Shown here piece after piece: positions 58,278 to 64,000 of a DNA stretch of 64,000 nt (position 1 is its first letter; each line of letters starts with the position of its first letter). The translations under genes and the position numbers were made by a program. The notes beneath the pieces were generated by a model. That model worked only from the letters and a program-made list of their open reading frames with translations. It was not told where the DNA came from and searched no databases. Source of the stretch: Squalus acanthias (Eukaryota); NCBI GenBank assembly GCA_030390025.1, contig CM059452.1, forward strand, positions 8,432,001 to 8,496,000, in the 5' to 3' direction.

Positions 58278-59417
58278 TGTACGACACAGAAGTAGGTCGC
58301 GGTGTCTGTCAGAAGTAAGGCCGCGATAGTCAGGGAGCTGCGATGCTCCGAACTTCGACTGACGGCTGTGAATCGACCTTTATGTTCACCCTTTTCCGAT
58401 GCCATTATCAACAGCTTTGGGCTCTGGTTTGGAGGCTGCACGTACCAGTATATCGCGGTGAACGGAGTGGTTGTGTGACAGTTCATCGATATGGTTTTCC
58501 ATTCACTGGGAGTCTGTGACGGAAATGTTTGTACAACTTCCTCTTTACCTGTGAAAAACAATGTTATTAATGGAGCAAAGCTGACAACACCAGTCAGTTC
58601 CAAAAGATATCTCAGGAATATAGCCGTTCCCGATTAGAGGGGATATTTTCTCCATTTCTAACGTATCGAATACGTTTAACATTTGAAAATCCTCAATATT
58701 TTTACACAAGGGAATACAACCCAAGTTTATGCAACCTGTCCTCATAATTTAATGTTCTATGCCCCGTTATCATTCTGGTGAATCTGCGCTGTAACCGCTG
58801 CAAGGCCAATCTATCCTTCCTGAGGTGCGGTGCCCAGATCTGAACGCAGTTCTCCAGATGCGGTCTAACCGGAGCTTTACACAATGGAAGCAGAACTTTC
58901 AGCCCTTTGTATTCCAGCCCCCGCGAGATAAAGACCAACATTCCATTAGCCCCTTTGAATGCACTTTGTACACGTCTAGTTGCTTTTAATGATTTGTGTG
59001 CTTGGGCTCCTAATTCACTTTGCACCTCGACAATACCTAGTTTCTCACCATTTAGAAAGTACTCCGATTTATCTTTCTTAGGTCCAGGGTGGATGTCCTC
59101 ACCTTTACCCACGTTAACTTCAATATGCCCCAGTTTTGCTCACTCATTTAATCTATCAACTTCCTCCTTATATCTGCACTACTTACTTACTGGCCCTACT
59201 AATTTAATGTCATCTACAAATTTGGATATACAACTCTCTGTTCCTTAATCCAAGTCATTAATAAATATGATAATAAATATCTGTACCCATCTCCAGGGAC
59301 ACAGTGTAATGTAACTGGACACGAACTGTCGCTGTTAGCTCACACAGTTCAAAACTTACCTGTCATAAAGCTGACTGGAATAAGAAGCATTAACATCCAT
59401 CTGAAAATCTCTTGCAT
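58278..59417 (-). CDS. Apparently functional TCR alpha/delta V gene (leader 59417-59360, V exon 58548-58278)
   Basis: MQEIFRWMLMLLIPVSFMT|GKEEVVQTFPSQTPSEWKTISMNCHTTTPFTAIYWYVQPPNQSPKLLIMASEKGEHKGRFTAVSRSSEHRSSLTIAALLLTDTATYFCVV; phase-1 intron; CRE-like tgacatca near 59562. Confidence 0.9.
58700..59270 (-). mobile_element. CR1 fragment in the leader intron
   Basis: APVRPHLENCVQIWAPHLRKD. Confidence 0.8.
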
Positions 59418-60104
59418 CTTGTGCGCTGACAGCTTCGGTACAATTGCGATCAGAGTATTGTGGCAGGAATTACTGAGAAGTGTTACGGGAACAATAACAT
59501 TCAAATGCTTCACTGGTTTATCCTGCCGGAAGAAAAACACATGCACAACCTCGATCTGATTTGACATCATTATGTACTGGTCACGTGGGTCAGTTTCGTC
59601 ATTTAGAAAAGGAACACGATTGGTGCAAAATTAAACGGCGTCGTCATATGCTACCCAGCTGGTATTGTTGGCGGATTAACAGCCAAGATTTAACACATTC
59701 GCGTAACGGAAGTGTTACCCGGATTACCATAATGGACTAACATTTCCGTAAAGGGATGTTTAACCGACAAGTTGCTCATTGATCCTACTAATATAACAGC
59801 AGCAATTACTAAGGGTTGTTTGATTCCTAGCCGTTCGGTTTCTTTGTATTTCACTTTTTCATCTAAAATCTTGGAAAACATCACTGATTCGAAACATGAA
59901 CAATATTGTTTAGTGTATTTAGCAAATCAAGCGTGCAGTTCTCCTGAACTTTGTAGCTGTTTTAAATTTAATGAGGTTTCAAGCAGCCATTCCGCGGCAT
60001 TGGTCACCGTGACTAGGGTTTTATCAACAGAGAGTGAAAGGGATCTTTTTAGCGGTAGTCGGTGTGACAATTGCAGGAAGTGGCCGCTGTACCCAGTCTG
60101 TTAC

Positions 60105-62930
60105 TAGTGAGGTTCAATCTCAAGAGGGCAGAATTAGAGGAGCGCAGATATCTCGCGGGGGGTGGGTGGGGGTTGTGGGGCTGGGGACGATTACAGAGCT
60201 AGGGATGAGAATTTTAATATCGAGTTGTTGCTTAACCGGGAGCCAATGTAGGTCAGCGAGCACAGGGGTAATGGGTGAACGGGACTTGGTGCGAGTTAGG
60301 ACACGGGCGATCGAGTTTTGGATGACCTCAAGTTTCCGTAGGGTAGAGTGTGGGAGGACTGCCAGGAGTGCGTTGGAATAGTCATGTCTAGAAGTAACAA
60401 TGACATGGATGATGGTTTCATCAGCTGATGAGCTGAGGCAGGGGCGGAGACGGGCGATGCTACAGAGGTGGACATAGACGGTCTTAGTTATGATGTGGAT
60501 ATGTGGTCGGAAGCTCATTTCAGGGTCAAATACGAAACCAAGGCTGTGAACAGTGTGGTTCAGCCTCAGACAGTGGCCAGGGAGAGGAATAGAGTCGATG
60601 GCTAGGGAACAGATTTTGTAGCAAGGACCAAAAGCAATGGCTTCGGCCTTCTAATATTTATTTGGAGAACATTTCTGCTCATCCAGTGCTGGATGTCAGA
60701 CAAGCAGTCTGACAATTTATTGAATGTGAAGGGGTCGAGAGAAGTGGTGGTGAGTTAGAACTGGGTCTCATCAGCGTACATGTGGAACCTGACGCTGTGT
60801 TTTCGGATGATATCGCCGAGGGGCAACATGTAGATAAGAAATAGGAATGTGCCAAGGATAGATCCTTGGGGGACACCAGAGGTAACGATGCGGGAGCGGG
60901 AAGAGAAGCCGTTGCAGGTGATTCTCTGGTTACGATTAGATAGATAAGAATGGAACCAGGCGAGTGCAGTCCCACCCAGCTGGACAATGGTGGAGAGGCG
61001 TTGGAGAAGGATGGAGTGGTCAACCGTGTCAAAGGCTGCAGACAAGTCGAGAATGACGAGAAGAGATAGTTTACCTTTATCACAAACGATGTAATTTGTG
61101 ACTTTGATGAGAGCTGTTTTCGTACAGTGGCAGGGGCGGAAACTTGATTGGAGAGATTCAAACATGGAGCTGCGGGGAAAATGGGCACGGATTTGGGAAG
61201 CGACAACACTTTCAAGAACTTTGAAGAGGAAAGGGAGTTTGGAGATGGGGTGGGAGCTTGCGAGGACAGAGGGGTCAAGGGTTGTTTTTTTAAGGAGAGG
61301 AGTGATGACGGCAGATTTGAAGGAGAGGGGACAGCTGTAAGATTCTCAAAATTCACAGATCCCCCTAAACTCTAAGAAAACCCCTAAGGAAAAAAGACTT
61401 TGGACTCTTTCCTAGCTATTACAGGGTGGTGAAGTGCATTGGGCCTAACCGAAGGACTTTTCGAGCAAAAACCAAGATTTGGGATTTTAAAAGACATGTC
61501 TGGACTTGTAAGGGAGAAAAGGCTGTGAAGGAAGATGGGTTCAACCTCTGTAAAAACAGTTTGGGTATTGGAGCTAATGGGAACTGTCTCGGAACCGCAT
61601 GATCTCGCTTGGAGTTTAAATCGGCCCCTATCAGACATTAGCATCCTAACAATAAACCCGAGGAAAACCAGTCTCCACCCCAATTTACAGAGCCCATTAA
61701 AGACATGCATATGGACAATCAACTACACTTAAACAACAGATCGACAGGATGGAGCCTTCCTGAAACTACTTCACACGTTAACAAACCAGTTACTGTTTAC
61801 GAGCCCTCCAAAATCTTACAATGACCAAGATTTGATTTGGCATGCAGATAAGGAAGCTTCAATGGGTATAATTGAAGGCCCTGTTTTCTCAAGAAGTCAG
61901 TTCAGCAGTTACAACAAATTCTTAAGTTCGAGTTCAAGGGTGGAGCAGTTACACAGGAACAACAGAAAGGTGTTCTCGAGTACAGTTACACAGTTCAACA
62001 GAAACAAGTTACAGCAAGCAGCAGGGAGTTCAGCAAGCAGTCCGGCAGAAGGCACTTCCACAGTTCTGCAAAAAGGCAGTTCCACAGCTCTGAAGAAGAC
62101 AGTTCAACAAGGCGAGGGGGCAACAGAAAGAAGTTCAACAAAGAAGGCCAACAGCTCCACAAGTAGGCCGACACGCAAGAAGAGACCAGAGCGACCGCCT
62201 CAGTGACCATCGGACACCTTGCGGCAACAAGGGCCTTACGAAACTTTTTACTTAAAAAGACTCTAAACCCTATCTCAACTGTCAAGGATTCGTTTGGTGA
62301 GCATTATCCCTGGTTCTCTAGGGTCCAACCTAGCTAGTGAAGTGGGATTGGGAGGGGTGAAATATTCTCCTAATGTTATTTCCCTCGTTTGTACCGAAGT
62401 GTTCCCCATTTTATTAGAGTGTTAAGATTGTTGTGTTGTATTTTACTTTCTTGAATAAAGATCAAAGTTCTTGCATCAAAACCAGTTGTCTGCTGCACTT
62501 TTTGTCACAACCTCCAAATAAGTCCAAGGTCTAGAACCAAGGGACTGGGAGCGATTCGAACCGCTCAGAAGTCAGAGGTGAAGCTGACACAAACCACCAC
62601 CCCCTACACAGCACCTGACCAGAGAGAATCGTTAACAATGTCAGCTGACATGGGAGCCAGAAAAGGAAGTTGGGTGTTCAGCAGTTTGGTGAGAATAGGG
62701 TCGAGGGAGCAGGAAGAGGGTCTCATGGTCAAGATGAGCGTGAACAGGTCATGAGGGGAGATCGGAGAGAAACTGGAGAAAGATGCAAGTTCATGGCTAG
62801 GGCAGGGGGGAACCTTAGAGGAAGTTTGGCCCTGTGGGCTAGGGGAAGGAAGGGAAGTGGCAGAGGCAGCTGATCGGATGGTTTCAATCTTAGAGACAAA
62901 GAAGTTCATGAGCTCCTCACACTTGTGAGA
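60105..62930 (-). mobile_element. L2-type LINE fragment split by a solo LTR
   Basis: FESLQSSFRPCH..LDLSAAFDTVDH..GVPQGSILG..HMYADETQ; continues after 62612. Confidence 0.85.
61336..62608 (+). mobile_element. Solo LTR (1273 bp)
   Basis: Begins tgta, ends taca; 4-bp TSD cagc (61332-61335, 62609-62612); aataaa at about 62454; the L2 sequence is contiguous when it is removed. Confidence 0.85.
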
Positions 62931-63249
62931 TAAGTCTCCATTATGAATATAGAAATAAGAATTTATAGTAGAAATGTTGACACAGCATTTGCAGGAATAC
63001 GTCAAACATTTAATATTTGACTAGCTGGCCTTCGTGGTGTTCTACATAGAGAATGATACCCGTTGCCTGCAATTCCTATGTCATGTGGGAACTCCAGGAC
63101 ACTCCATGTGACCTGGATCACCGCGTGCGCAGGAAGTGCCTCCAGTTGCACGAAGTCGAGCTCAGGATTTTTGAGCTTGAAGGGCGGCTGGAATCACTGC
63201 AGGGCATACGGCAGAATTACAATTTCCTGGAGCACGTATAGGACATAAT

Positions 63250-64000
63250 TTAAAAGATATACAGGGCATAATTTCAAAGTCTGCAGATGATAGGAAACTC
63301 GGAAATGCTGTAAACAATGAGGTAGCTAGTAACAGACCTCAGAAGGCCATAGACATACTGGTGATATGGCAGACACATGGCAGATGAATTGTAACTCAGA
63401 GAATTGTGAAGTGATACATTTTGGTAGGAAGAATGAGGAAAGGCAATATGAACTAAATGGTGCAATTTTAAAGGGGGTGCAAGAACAAACAGACCTGGGG
63501 GTGTATGCACAAATTTCTTTGAAGGTGGCAGGATAAGTTGGGAAGGCTGTTCAAAAAGCTTATGGGCTCCTTGGATTAATTAATAAAGCATAATACAGGA
63601 TAAGTGCTCGTCCATTTAGGACTGAGATGACAAGGAATTTCTTTACTCAGACGGTTGCGAATCTTTGGAATTCTCTTTCCCAGAGGGCTGTGGAGGCTCA
63701 GTCGTTGAGTATATTCAAGACAGAGATGGATAGATTTTTGGGCACTAAGGGAATCAAGGGATACGGCGGGAAACGGGAGTTGATGGAGAAGGACAACCAT
63801 GATCTTACTGAATGGTGGAGCAGGCTCAGGGGCGGTATGACCTAATCCTGCTCCTATTTCTTATTTCTTATTTCTTATGAATAGAGTTTAAAATAAAAGG
63901 AAGTCATGCTAAACTTTATAAAACACCGGTTAGGCCTCAGCTGGAGTTTTGTGTTCAATTCTGGGCACCACGCTTTAGGAAGGATGTCAAGGCCTTGGAG
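63250..64000 (+). mobile_element. CR1 fragments
   Basis: RNFFTQTVANLWNSLSQR; [14 protein letters not shown]. Confidence 0.75.

Overview
Eukaryotic (cartilaginous fish, shark-type) antigen-receptor locus DNA in which TCR alpha/delta and IgH parts are interleaved. On the + strand, left to right: a CR1-disrupted TCR V pseudogene; a NAR-TCR cassette (leader, IgNAR-like V with a 12-RSS, NAR-type J with a 23-RSS, then a leaderless supporting TCR-delta V whose 23-RSS is amplified into 15 tandem copies); an IgH-type JH whose RSS is replaced by a minisatellite; and an open IgM constant gene (Cmu1-4, secretory tail, TM1, TM2) with no VH or DH of its own. To the right are two TCR alpha/delta V genes on the - strand with an intact two-exon GPR139/142-like GPCR between them. 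The rest is LINEs (CR1, L2-type, a full-length RTE), a solo LTR, Harbinger-type fragments and a MITE, a SINE and many minisatellites. Two large inverted duplications (1-1553 vs 27742-31095; about 12770-13830 vs 37880-38990) record shuffling of Ig and TCR blocks. The top candidate for a new system is the NAR-TCR V cassette placed directly upstream of an intact, cysteine-modified IgM constant region, i.e. a possible TCR/NAR-V-on-IgM hybrid receptor. Caveats: the NAR V has a 1-nt frameshift and the JH has no RSS in this sequence. All family assignments are by motif recognition; no searches were run.
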